Below are positions 31,277-39,529 of a DNA stretch of 50,427 bases, piece after piece. Source of the DNA: a bacterium (lineage in GTDB: Bacteria; Patescibacteriota; Patescibacteriia; JAGPKW01); the NCBI GenBank assembly GCA_021780535.1, contig JAJXYN010000004.1, positions 1 to 50,427 on the forward strand. The letters are read 5' to 3'. Under the pieces are notes generated by a model. It ran no database searches, had not been told where the DNA came from, and saw only the letters and a list, made by a program, of their open reading frames with translations. The stretch's first letter is position 1, and every line of letters begins with the position of its first letter. Position numbers and translations under genes: made by a program.

Positions 31277-32383
31277 ATGTTCGGTGAAAAAGAAAATAAT
31301 AGTGTTATTAAAATAGATATTTCCTATAGTCTTATACTAAAAGCAGTTTTATTTATTTTTGGGTTTGTATTTTTGTTTTTAATAAGAGATATAATTGGTA
31401 TTCTTCTTGTTTCTATATTACTTACGACTGCGATAGGCCCATTTGTTGATCTTATCCATAAAAAAAAGAAACTACCAAGATGGGTTGGTGTTCTTATTGT
31501 TTACGTTGGTATTATAGGCATATTTGTTTTAGTTACCGGAATGTTGTTCCCAGCTATAATTAATGAATTTAAAACATTAGTTGATAAGTTGCCATATTTT
31601 TATCAAGAGCTAGCTTCTAAGTTTGATTCTATTAAATCTGTTGCAATGCAGGATGCTCTAAAAGAGTATTTTTTGGGATTTGCAAAAGGTACTATAACCA
31701 AACTTCAAACTGGTGGTGGGGATATATTTAAATCGTTTACAAATATAGTTTCTGGATTCGCATTCTTTTTTATAACTTTAGTTATAACTTTCTATATGAC
31801 AATGGAAGAAGATGGTCCAACTAGATTAGTAAAAGCTTTAGTACCAAAAAAATGGCATCATTATGCTTTAAATTTGATGACAAAAATTCAAAATACTGTT
31901 GTTGGGTGGCTTAAAGGACAACTATCTTTAAGTCTTATTGTTGGCTCAATGTCATATGTGGCTTTGATTATAATGGGAATTAATTATTCTTTGTTGCTTG
32001 CTATATTTGCTGGAATTACTGAAATAATACCATATATAGGACCTACTATTGGTGCTATACCTGCTGTTTTTATAGCATTAACACAGTCTCCTATAAAAGG
32101 TTTGGCTATTTTGATTATTTATCTTTTGATCCAACAAATAGAAAATCATTTTATCGTTCCTAAGGTTATGAAAAAATCTGTTGGTCTCAATCCTATTATA
32201 GTTATAATTGTTATTATGATTGGTGTTAAACTTGCTGGATTTGCTGGAGCTTTGCTTGCTGTTCCTTTTACCGCGATAATACAAGTTGTGGCTAATGAAC
32301 TTTTCCATTTAGAACAAGACGGCATATTTAAACAAGAAGAAGAAAATAAAGAAGAAATAAAAATTATGGGAGAGGACAAATAA
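31277..32383 (+). CDS. AI-2E family transporter (PerM/UPF0118)
   Basis: About 8 TM helices are present. The characteristic C-terminal region reads EIIPYIGPTIGAIPAVFIAL...LIQQIENHFIVPKVM. Confidence 0.8.
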   Translation: MFGEKENNSVIKIDISYSLILKAVLFIFGFVFLFLIRDIIGILLVSILLTTAIGPFVDLIHKKKKLPRWVGVLIVYVGIIGIFVLVTGMLFPAIINEFKTLVDKLPYFYQELASKFDSIKSVAMQDALKEYFLGFAKGTITKLQTGGGDIFKSFTNIVSGFAFFFITLVITFYMTMEEDGPTRLVKALVPKKWHHYALNLMTKIQNTVVGWLKGQLSLSLIVGSMSYVALIIMGINYSLLLAIFAGITEIIPYIGPTIGAIPAVFIALTQSPIKGLAILIIYLLIQQIENHFIVPKVMKKSVGLNPIIVIIVIMIGVKLAGFAGALLAVPFTAIIQVVANELFHLEQDGIFKQEEENKEEIKIMGEDK

Positions 32384-32385
32384 TT

Positions 32386-33075
32386 ATGTTATATATTGTA
32401 GCCACTCCTATTGGAAATCTTGATGATATAACTATGCGGGCTTTAAGTATTTTAAAGTCTGTTTCTTGTATTCTTTGTGAAGATACTAGACATACTCAGA
32501 TTTTACTTTCCCATTATGGTATTAAAAATAAATTAATCAGCTATCATCAACATAGCAATCTTGTTAAAGTTGATGAAATTATTGAAAAGCTTGAAAATGG
32601 TGAGGATTTAGCACTTGTTACTGATGCTGGTACTCCTTGCATCTCTGATCCAGGATTTGTATTAATTAATAAGATTCGTGAAGAATTACCAGATATAAAG
32701 ATATTTCCTATCCCTGGCGCTTCTGCTGTTATTTCTGCTTTATCTGTTTCTGGTTTTAATCTTTCTAGTTTTACCTTTCTTGGTTTTATTCCTAATAAAA
32801 ATGGAAGAGAAAAATTTATAAAAAATATTTGTGATAGTTCTGATTCTGTTTTTTGTTTTTACGAATCTTGTTATAGAGTTGAAAAATTATTGGATCAGAT
32901 TGAAAAAATTTTTATTAATAGAGGTCAAGAGAATAGAAAGATTTTTATTGCTAGGGAATTGACTAAAATGTTTGAAAGTTATTATTATGGTAATGTTAAA
33001 GAAGTAAGAGAAAAATTATTGAAGGATCCTATTAAAGGAGAATTTGTAGTCGTTATTAATAGATTTAAAGAATAA
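32386..33075 (+). CDS. rsmI: 16S rRNA (cytidine1402-2'-O)-methyltransferase RsmI
   Basis: MLYIVATPIGNLDDITMRAL...CEDTRHT...VTDAGTPCISDPG is the tetrapyrrole-methylase-fold RsmI signature. Confidence 0.85.
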   Translation: MLYIVATPIGNLDDITMRALSILKSVSCILCEDTRHTQILLSHYGIKNKLISYHQHSNLVKVDEIIEKLENGEDLALVTDAGTPCISDPGFVLINKIREELPDIKIFPIPGASAVISALSVSGFNLSSFTFLGFIPNKNGREKFIKNICDSSDSVFCFYESCYRVEKLLDQIEKIFINRGQENRKIFIARELTKMFESYYYGNVKEVREKLLKDPIKGEFVVVINRFKE

Positions 33076-33125
33076 AACATATTTACTTTGATTTATGACT
33101 TGCTAAATCTTAAAGATTGCAGTGA

Positions 33126-33195
33126 TTTTTCTATCTTCATTTTTTTTGACTCTGCGATGTATTCTCGAATCAAAAAATAATGAAGCATAGAAAAA
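33126..33195. repeat. Long AT-rich imperfect hairpin with a GC-richer 20-nt loop, possibly a distant relative of element X
   Basis: The arms are TTTTTCTATCTTCATTTTTTTTGA / TCAAAAAATAATGAAGCATAGAAAAA and the loop is CTCTGCGATGTATTCTCGAA. It shares TTTTTCTAT and GTATTC with the reverse complement of element X copy 3. Confidence 0.4.
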
Positions 33196-33246
33196 CACTA
33201 TTTAAGTATTGTATTAAAACTAATTAATCTAATTAAACTATTTTCT

Positions 33247-34002
33247 ATGATTGATTCGCACTGTCATTTGGACTTTGAAGATTTTGATAAAGATAGGGAT
33301 GATATTGTTAAATCAGCTTTGGATGCTGGTGTTTTTAAGATTATTAATCCTTGTTCTCATTTTCCTTCTAATTTTAAAGTTATTGAACTTGCTAAGAGAT
33401 ATGATAATTATTATTTTTCTATTGGCTTGCATCCTGATGAGGCTAGTAAGTTAAATGGAAATGAACTTGTTGAAATTGAAAAATTAATTTTTAATGATAA
33501 ATGTATTGCTGTTGGTGAAATTGGCCTTGATTATCATTATCCTGATTTTGATAAACAAAAACAAGTGGATTTATTTATTGCTCAATTGGAGTTGGCTAAA
33601 AAATATAATAAACCAGTTATTATTCATAATAGAGATGCTGTTACTGATATTTATGATATTTTAAAGACATATAATCTTAAGGGTGTTATTCATTGTTATT
33701 CTGAAAATGTGGAATGGGCAAAGAAATTTTTAGACCTTGGCTTTTTTATTTCTTTTACTGGTATTATTACTTTTAAGAATTGTGGCCAGGAATTATTAGA
33801 TGTTGTTAAATTTATTCCTTTGGAAAAAATATTAATTGAAACTGATGCTCCTTTTTTAGCACCAGTGCCATTTAGAGGGAAATTAAATAAACCGGAATAT
33901 GTTAAATATGTTGCAGAAAAAGTTGCTGAAATTAAAAACATTGTTGTTGAAGATGTTATAAAAACTACGGATAAAAATGTGTTTAATTTGTTTGGGATAT
34001 AA
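33247..34002 (+). CDS. tatD: TatD-family metal-dependent hydrolase/DNase
   Basis: Motifs seen are IDSHCHL, GEIGLDYHY, VIIHNRDA, GVIHCYS and ETDAPFL. Confidence 0.9.
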   Translation: MIDSHCHLDFEDFDKDRDDIVKSALDAGVFKIINPCSHFPSNFKVIELAKRYDNYYFSIGLHPDEASKLNGNELVEIEKLIFNDKCIAVGEIGLDYHYPDFDKQKQVDLFIAQLELAKKYNKPVIIHNRDAVTDIYDILKTYNLKGVIHCYSENVEWAKKFLDLGFFISFTGIITFKNCGQELLDVVKFIPLEKILIETDAPFLAPVPFRGKLNKPEYVKYVAEKVAEIKNIVVEDVIKTTDKNVFNLFGI

Positions 34003-34012
34003 AAAATGATTG

Positions 34013-34045
34013 TAAGTTGCAAGATATATTTGCAACTTATTTTTT
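34013..34045 (+). terminator. Rho-independent terminator after tatD
   Basis: TAAGTTGCAA / TTGCAACTTA is a 10-bp stem with a 7-nt loop, followed by TTTTTT. Confidence 0.8.
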
Positions 34046-34108
34046 AAAATTGTAGAAAAAAAATAATTAATGTATTATTAATTTGTAATTAATATTTTTG
34101 TAATTTAT

Positions 34109-34294
34109 ATGAAGTATATAGATGCAATAACTGTTTTTTCTCATTGCATAGATTATGTCTTGTCTGATTTGCCTGATTTATGTGCAGATAGAATTGATTA
34201 TTCTTTTAAACATTTTACTGAATATTGTGGTTTAAACTTAGAAAGGGTGGGTTATTGTTTAAATAAGTTAGAAAATGTTTTCGTTTCGTTGTGA
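34109..34294 (+). pseudogene. Possible remnant of an HD-domain phosphohydrolase gene (61-aa ORF)
   Basis: ...DLCADRIDYSFKHF... resembles the ADRLDY(L)LRD motif near the C-terminal part of HD-superfamily hydrolases. The ORF is far too short for a full domain, and its 3' end runs into element X copy 3. Confidence 0.3.
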
Positions 34295-34355
34295 AGCTCC
34301 TTTGAATACCCAATAAAGCGGAACATAGAAAAAGAAAATACTTATATTATTTACT
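34261..34355 (-). repeat. Copy 3 of element X, inverted orientation, with degenerate arms
   Basis: The reverse complement reads ...GTATTTTCTTTTTCTATGTTCCGCTTTATTGGGTATTCAAAGGAGCTTCACAACGAAACGAAAACATT... It aligns to the cores of copies 1 and 2 through the blocks TTTTC, TTCCGCT, ATT, GAGCTTCA and GAAAC. Confidence 0.6.
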
Positions 34356-34365
34356 AAAAATATTG

Positions 34366-37311
34366 ATGAATATAAATTTATTAGAAAATTTGAATGAAGA
34401 ACAAAAACAAGCCGTCACTTTTGAAGGTGGTCCTCTTATGATTGTTGCTGGTGCTGGTACCGGTAAGACTACTGTTCTTACAAAGAGAATGGCTTATTTG
34501 ATCTTGGAAAAGGGAATTAAGCCTGATGAAGTTTTGGCTCTAACTTTTACTGAAAAAGCTGCAAGAGAGATGGAAGAAAGAATTGATTTGCTTTTACCTA
34601 TGGGGTTTGTTGATCTTTGGGTTACAACTTTTCATTCTTTTTGTGATAAAATTTTAAAACAACATGCGCTTGATATTGGTCTATCTAATGATTATCAATT
34701 ACTTACTGAAACTGATCAATGGATTTTGATTAGAAAAAATTTTGATAAATTTGATTTTCTTAAATATTATAAACCTATTGGTAATCCAACAAAATTTATA
34801 TCAGCCATGATAAAGCATTTTAGTAGATTGAAAGATGAGGGAATAAACCCTGAGCAATATTTAGAGTATTCTTCCGCCTTCGCCAAAGCTTCGGCGGACA
34901 AGGATGAGATTTCAAGAATTCAAGAAATTGCTAAGTCTTATGAACTCTATGAAAAAATTTTGGCTGACAATAATTTAATGGATTTTGGTGGTCTTATTAA
35001 TAATACTTTGAAATTATTTCAAACCAGGCCTTTTATTTTGAATAAATATAGAAATAAATTTAAATATATTCTTGTTGACGAGTTTCAGGATACTAATTTC
35101 AATCAATACCAATTAATTAAAATATTAGCATCTCCTAATAATAATATTACTGTTGTTGGTGATGATGATCAGGCTATTTATAAATTTAGGGGTGCTTCTC
35201 TTTCTAATATTTTAAATTTTAAAAATGATTATCCAGAATCAAAAGAAATTTTATTAACTAAAAATTATAGATCTTCTCAAGACATATTAGACTTATCGTA
35301 TGGTTTTATAAAACAAAACAATCCAAATAGATTAGAGTATAAAATTAATTTATCTAAAAAATTAATCTCTAAAAGTCTTGATGTTGCTACAATAGAGCAT
35401 ATTCATTCCCTTACTTTAGAAAATGAAGTTAAAAGTGTTATTAATAGAATTTTTGAAATTAAAACAAAAAATCCTGATTTAACTTATGGTGATTTTGTTA
35501 TACTTGTTAGATCTAATTCTTCGGCAAAAATTTTTAATAATTTATTATCTATAAATGGCGTGCCTAATGAATTCATGGCATCAACTGGTCTTTATTCTAA
35601 AGATATAATTTTAGACTTACTTGCATACTTAAAAATTTTGGATAAAAATTTTGATAATGCTTCTATGTATAGGGTTTTGTCTATGCCGATTTTTGGAATT
35701 GATAAAAAAGATATTATCAATATTTTATTTAATGCTAATAAATATTCTAAATCAATTTTTGCTATTTGTAAGAGCGCTTCTGGCATGAATTTTCCTTTAT
35801 TACTGAAAGAAAAATTAGGAAAAATAATCTCTTTAATGGAAAAGCATACTAATTTATCTACTAGAGAAAGTGTAAGATCTATTATAAAATATTTTCTTGT
35901 TGATTATAATATTGCTACTGATTTAACAAAGAAAAATGACCAAAAACAAATTTCTTATATTAATAAATTTGCGAGTTTAGTTGAGAAGTTTGAAGATAAT
36001 AATTATGACATTACTTTACCTCATTTTTTGGAATATATTGAATTGATTTTAGAATCTGGTGATCAGGGTGCTCTTGCAACAGAAGAACAGGATCCTGACA
36101 CTGTTAAAATTATGACAATTCATTCTGCTAAAGGATTAGAATTCCAATATGTTTTTGTTGTAAATATGGTAGATAAAAAATTTCCAGTCATAGGGAAAAG
36201 TGATCCTATAGAGATCCCAGTTGATCTTATAAAAGAAAAAGAAGTAATAGGAGATGGAGATCCTCATTTAGAAGAAGAAAGAAGGCTTTTTTATGTTGCT
36301 ATGACTAGAGCTAAAAAAGGTCTTGTTTTTACAAGTAGTGATGATTATGGTGGAAAACAGAAAAAGAAATTATCTAGTTTTATGTTAGAATTAAAAGAAG
36401 TAGAGAATGGTATTATAAACCATAAACAAGATAATTCTATTACTGATAAACTTGGTATTAAGTTTTTATCTTTTGATAATATTGCAAAAGAAAATAAAGA
36501 TAAAATAAATTATTATCATTATGACAAGTATTCTTTTACACAGCTTGAGGGTTATAAAAATTGTCCATTGCAATATAAATTTCAATATATTTTAAGAATC
36601 CCTATGTCCACTGGAAGGCCTGTATTTAGCTATGGCCAAAGTATGCATAGTACACTGGAGGAATTTTATAAGAGAATGAAAGACAGAGCAGAGAAGAAGC
36701 AAATTGGATTATTTTCCGCTTCCGCTGAAGCTATGATGGACGAAGGAAATTCAGAATTAGAATCCCTTATTTCTCAACGCGAGTTATTAAAGATTTATGA
36801 TGAGAAATTTATTGATGAATGGTATGATGACGAAAAGCAAAAATTAGAATATTATGAAAAGGGTAAAAATTCTATTAAAGTTTTTTATTCTGAATTAAAA
36901 GATAATTTTATTATTCCTCATTCTTTAGAAAAAGGCTTTAATATTAGAATTGGAGATTATTTTATGAAGGGTAAGATAGATAGAGTTGATATATTATCTG
37001 ATGGCACTTGTGAAATTATTGATTATAAAACTGGTACTGGCAAGGATATAAAAGATGTTAAAAAAGACCAGCTTATGATTTATCAAATTGCAGCTACTGA
37101 AGTTTTGGGTTTAAAGCCTTCTAAGCTTACATTTTATTATCTTGATGATAATTCTAAAGTTTCTTTTCTTGGTACTGATGAACAAATTGATAAATTAAAA
37201 CAAAATATTGTTACTTGGATAGAAGAAATTAGGGAAAATAATTTTGAACCGAAACCAAGCCCTCTTTGTAAGTTTTGTGATTATCGCGATATTTGTGAAT
37301 TTAAGGAGTAA
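34366..37311 (+). CDS. UvrD/PcrA-type superfamily-1 helicase fused to a C-terminal PD-(D/E)XK nuclease with a Cas4/AddB-like Cys cluster
   Basis: The Walker A motif is AGAGTGKTT and the DExx motif is VDEFQDTN. Other helicase motifs are VGDDDQAIYKFRGA, TIHSAKGLEF and VAMTRAK. The nuclease motifs are GKIDRVD...EIIDYKTG. The Cys pattern is C(PLQY)...C-x2-C-x5-C (CKFCDYRDIC). A TTG at 34363 is an alternative start. Confidence 0.85.
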   Translation: MNINLLENLNEEQKQAVTFEGGPLMIVAGAGTGKTTVLTKRMAYLILEKGIKPDEVLALTFTEKAAREMEERIDLLLPMGFVDLWVTTFHSFCDKILKQHALDIGLSNDYQLLTETDQWILIRKNFDKFDFLKYYKPIGNPTKFISAMIKHFSRLKDEGINPEQYLEYSSAFAKASADKDEISRIQEIAKSYELYEKILADNNLMDFGGLINNTLKLFQTRPFILNKYRNKFKYILVDEFQDTNFNQYQLIKILASPNNNITVVGDDDQAIYKFRGASLSNILNFKNDYPESKEILLTKNYRSSQDILDLSYGFIKQNNPNRLEYKINLSKKLISKSLDVATIEHIHSLTLENEVKSVINRIFEIKTKNPDLTYGDFVILVRSNSSAKIFNNLLSINGVPNEFMASTGLYSKDIILDLLAYLKILDKNFDNASMYRVLSMPIFGIDKKDIINILFNANKYSKSIFAICKSASGMNFPLLLKEKLGKIISLMEKHTNLSTRESVRSIIKYFLVDYNIATDLTKKNDQKQISYINKFASLVEKFEDNNYDITLPHFLEYIELILESGDQGALATEEQDPDTVKIMTIHSAKGLEFQYVFVVNMVDKKFPVIGKSDPIEIPVDLIKEKEVIGDGDPHLEEERRLFYVAMTRAKKGLVFTSSDDYGGKQKKKLSSFMLELKEVENGIINHKQDNSITDKLGIKFLSFDNIAKENKDKINYYHYDKYSFTQLEGYKNCPLQYKFQYILRIPMSTGRPVFSYGQSMHSTLEEFYKRMKDRAEKKQIGLFSASAEAMMDEGNSELESLISQRELLKIYDEKFIDEWYDDEKQKLEYYEKGKNSIKVFYSELKDNFIIPHSLEKGFNIRIGDYFMKGKIDRVDILSDGTCEIIDYKTGTGKDIKDVKKDQLMIYQIAATEVLGLKPSKLTFYYLDDNSKVSFLGTDEQIDKLKQNIVTWIEEIRENNFEPKPSPLCKFCDYRDICEFKE
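34872..34904 (+). repeat. GC-rich element family G, copy 2, in frame inside the helicase CDS
   Basis: TTCCGCCTTCGCCAAAGCTTCGGCGGACAAGGA forms a CGCC/GGCG hairpin and encodes SAFAKASADKD. Confidence 0.6.
36714..36748 (+). repeat. GC-rich element family G, copy 3 (diverged), in frame inside the helicase CDS
   Basis: TTCCGCTTCCGCTGAAGCTATGATGGACGAAGGAA encodes SASAEAMMDEG, with the same block order as copy 2. Confidence 0.45.
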
Positions 37312-37348
37312 AATTTATAAATTTAGTTTAAGGAATAATTAATAGAAT

Positions 37349-37388
37349 AAAAAACAGCGAAGATTAAGATTTCTCTTAATGTTCGCTG
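37349..37388 (-). terminator. Rho-independent terminator of the minus-strand gene 37395-37814
   Basis: CAGCGAA-G-ATTAAGA / TCTTAAT-G-TTCGCTG gives a ~15-bp stem with a TTTC loop. The minus strand reads a T-run after it (AAAAA at 37349-37354 on the + strand). Confidence 0.8.
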
Positions 37389-37394
37389 TGGTGG

Positions 37395-37814
37395 CTAATG
37401 TGTAGTGTCGTACTCTGACGACTTTTCATTCACCCATTTATTTGCGTTTTCCATGGCTTCTTTTGAGCCCATGATCAACGCCTTTGTTGACTTTTCTCCA
37501 AAACGGCCTATTTTTAGACCGAGTTTTGCGAATGTACTTACGCAAAACTTTGATGCCCCATAAACCGTTGCTTCATAATCTTCTGGTGTCATCCAACCGG
37601 CAGACTGGTTTATTGTTGCGCCTTCTTGTATTTTATAATTTCTGCGCACCATACTGTAAACGAAATAATATTGTGCTAATTCTATTTCGTTTTCGGTTAA
37701 ATTTCTACCAACTTTGGTTTGGACATCTGCCAAAAAATGTCTTTTTGGCATTGGCGCTGCAAATATTCCTCCTATTGCTACAACAATTATCAGTGCTAGA
37801 AAAATCTTCTTCAT
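37395..37814 (-). CDS. Small secreted or membrane-anchored protein of unknown function, in a higher-GC island
   Basis: It has an N-terminal signal/anchor (MKKIFLALIIVVAIGGIFAAP), a strong SD (GAGGAGGA, 4 nt before the ATG) and its own terminator. G+C is visibly higher than the flanks. The overlapping + strand ORF 37484-37873 looks like noise. Confidence 0.65.
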   Translation of the reverse strand: MKKIFLALIIVVAIGGIFAAPMPKRHFLADVQTKVGRNLTENEIELAQYYFVYSMVRRNYKIQEGATINQSAGWMTPEDYEATVYGASKFCVSTFAKLGLKIGRFGEKSTKALIMGSKEAMENANKWVNEKSSEYDTTH

Positions 37815-37935
37815 ATAATCCTCCTCGTGTTCTCTTTGGATATGTTTTCATATTATACGACATTTATTATTAAAAGTCAAATATTTTTTAGTTTAATAAC
37901 AGTTACGTATGCGTAGTTTTTATGATATAATTTAG

Positions 37936-38029
37936 GAAATGAAAATATAGAAATATAAAAATATCCAAAAGTTTTTGAGTATTTTCATGTTTTCATATTT
38001 TAATATTTTAATATTTTAATATTCTTGCT
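37936..38029 (+). promoter_or_regulatory. AT-rich palindromic upstream element (family E, copy E5) with (ATATTTTA)x3
   Basis: The exact 12-mer ATATAGAAATAT is at 37945-37956, the centre is CCAAAAGTTTTTGAG, and TTTTCATGTTT is at 37982-37992. An 8-nt-period ATATTTTA x3 then runs up to the ATG. Confidence 0.55.
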
Positions 38030-38419
38030 ATGTCTTTCAAAAAATATATAATTGTGATGGTAATTGCTACTATTTTTGCTCTTGCTGGTTTTGGGTTTGT
38101 TCTTTTTAATATTGATCCTTACGAAACTGGCGCTTTGGGTTTTATATTATTTTATTCTACTTTGTTTTTTTCTTCCGTTGGTATGTTATCTCTTATTATG
38201 TTTGTTTTTAGATGGATTTTTAATAAGAGTCAACCTATATTTACTTTAATTATTAAATCTTTTAGACATGGTATTTTATTGTCTATTTTAATGGCTGTTT
38301 TTCTTGTTTTACAACAATTAGAATTACTTACTTGGTGGAATATGAGTCTTATTATTGCTGTTGTTATTACCGTTGAATTCTTTTTTGCCTCTCATAAACC
38401 TGGTCGTAAACTAATTTAA
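38030..38419 (+). CDS. Small integral membrane protein (about 4 TM), function unknown
   Basis: Hydrophobic helices run throughout the 129-aa ORF. Confidence 0.55.
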   Translation: MSFKKYIIVMVIATIFALAGFGFVLFNIDPYETGALGFILFYSTLFFSSVGMLSLIMFVFRWIFNKSQPIFTLIIKSFRHGILLSILMAVFLVLQQLELLTWWNMSLIIAVVITVEFFFASHKPGRKLI

Positions 38420-38500
38420 AATTGGTTTATATTGAGAGTCATTGTATTTTGTATTTATTTATATTAATATTGTGCTAACTAAATTTTTAAGTTCTTTTTT

Positions 38501-39520
38501 ATGATGAAAAAACTAGAACAATTAAGAAAAATTGCTACTGATGATATATCTCGTGCTAACGATTCTAAAACTATTGAAGATTTAGAAATTAAATATTTTG
38601 GTAAGAAATCTGAACTTTCTGAAATTCTTAAATCAATAGTTTCTTTGTCTAATGATGAAAAACGTGAGATTGGCCCTGCTGTTAATTCTTTAAAATTGGA
38701 ATTATTTTCTTTTATTGAAAATAAAAAAAATGAAATTTTAAAGTCAGAGCTTGAGATTAAAATGAAAAAAGAATATATTGATCCAACTATTGATTTGAAA
38801 AATGAAAAAATTGGTCATTTGCACCCAGCTACCCAACTTAGATATAGATTGGAAGATATTTTTAAATCTATGGGTTTTGTTATTTATGATGGTCCTCAAA
38901 TAGAAACAGATTTTTTTAATTTTGAAGCTTTAAATATTCCAAAGAACCATCCTGCAAGAGATATGCAAGATACTTTTTATGTTAAAGATGATGTTGTACT
39001 TAGAACACATACTTCCAACTGTCAGGTGAGAGCTTTGAAAGAATTAGGAGTCTCTTTAAAAGCTGTTGTTCCAGGAAGGGTTTTTAGAAATGAAGCTAGT
39101 GATGCTACTCATGAACATACTTTTAATCAAATAGAATGTATTGTTGTTGATGAGAATATCTCTATTGCTAATTTAATTTCTACTGTTGATGGATTTGTTA
39201 AAAAGATTTTTGGAGATAATGTAAAAATAAGATTAAGACCTGGATATTTTCCATTTGTTGAACCTGGTTTTGAACTTGACATTTCTTGTCTTGTTTGTGG
39301 TGGTAAAAAATGTCCTGCATGTAAACATACTGGTTGGCTTGAACTTGGTGGTACTGGAATGATTCACCCAAATGTTTTGAAGTCTGCTGATATTGACTCT
39401 TCTCACTATTCTGGTTTTGCTTTTGGTTTTGGTATTGATAGAATGATGATGCAAAAATATAAGATTGAAGATATCAGATGGTCTATGAGTGGTGATCTTA
39501 GGTTTGTTAATCAATTTTAA
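38501..39520 (+). CDS. pheS: Phenylalanine--tRNA ligase alpha subunit
   Basis: Motifs seen are HPARDMQDTFY, LRTHTS, GRVFRNE, FPFVEPG and GFAFGFGIDRMMM. Confidence 0.95.
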   Translation: MMKKLEQLRKIATDDISRANDSKTIEDLEIKYFGKKSELSEILKSIVSLSNDEKREIGPAVNSLKLELFSFIENKKNEILKSELEIKMKKEYIDPTIDLKNEKIGHLHPATQLRYRLEDIFKSMGFVIYDGPQIETDFFNFEALNIPKNHPARDMQDTFYVKDDVVLRTHTSNCQVRALKELGVSLKAVVPGRVFRNEASDATHEHTFNQIECIVVDENISIANLISTVDGFVKKIFGDNVKIRLRPGYFPFVEPGFELDISCLVCGGKKCPACKHTGWLELGGTGMIHPNVLKSADIDSSHYSGFAFGFGIDRMMMQKYKIEDIRWSMSGDLRFVNQF

Positions 39521-39529
39521 TATAAATTT

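Noticed and set aside
37484-37873. A + strand 129-aa ORF lies opposite the minus-strand gene 37395-37814.
   Set aside because: The minus-strand ORF has an SD, a signal peptide and a matching terminator. The + strand translation is Leu/Phe-rich noise without start signals.
38420-38500. A T-box or attenuator leader upstream of pheS.
   Set aside because: The leader is only about 80 nt and AT-rich. It has no specifier or T-box sequence (AANNNGGTGGNACCGCG-like) and no terminator/antiterminator pair.
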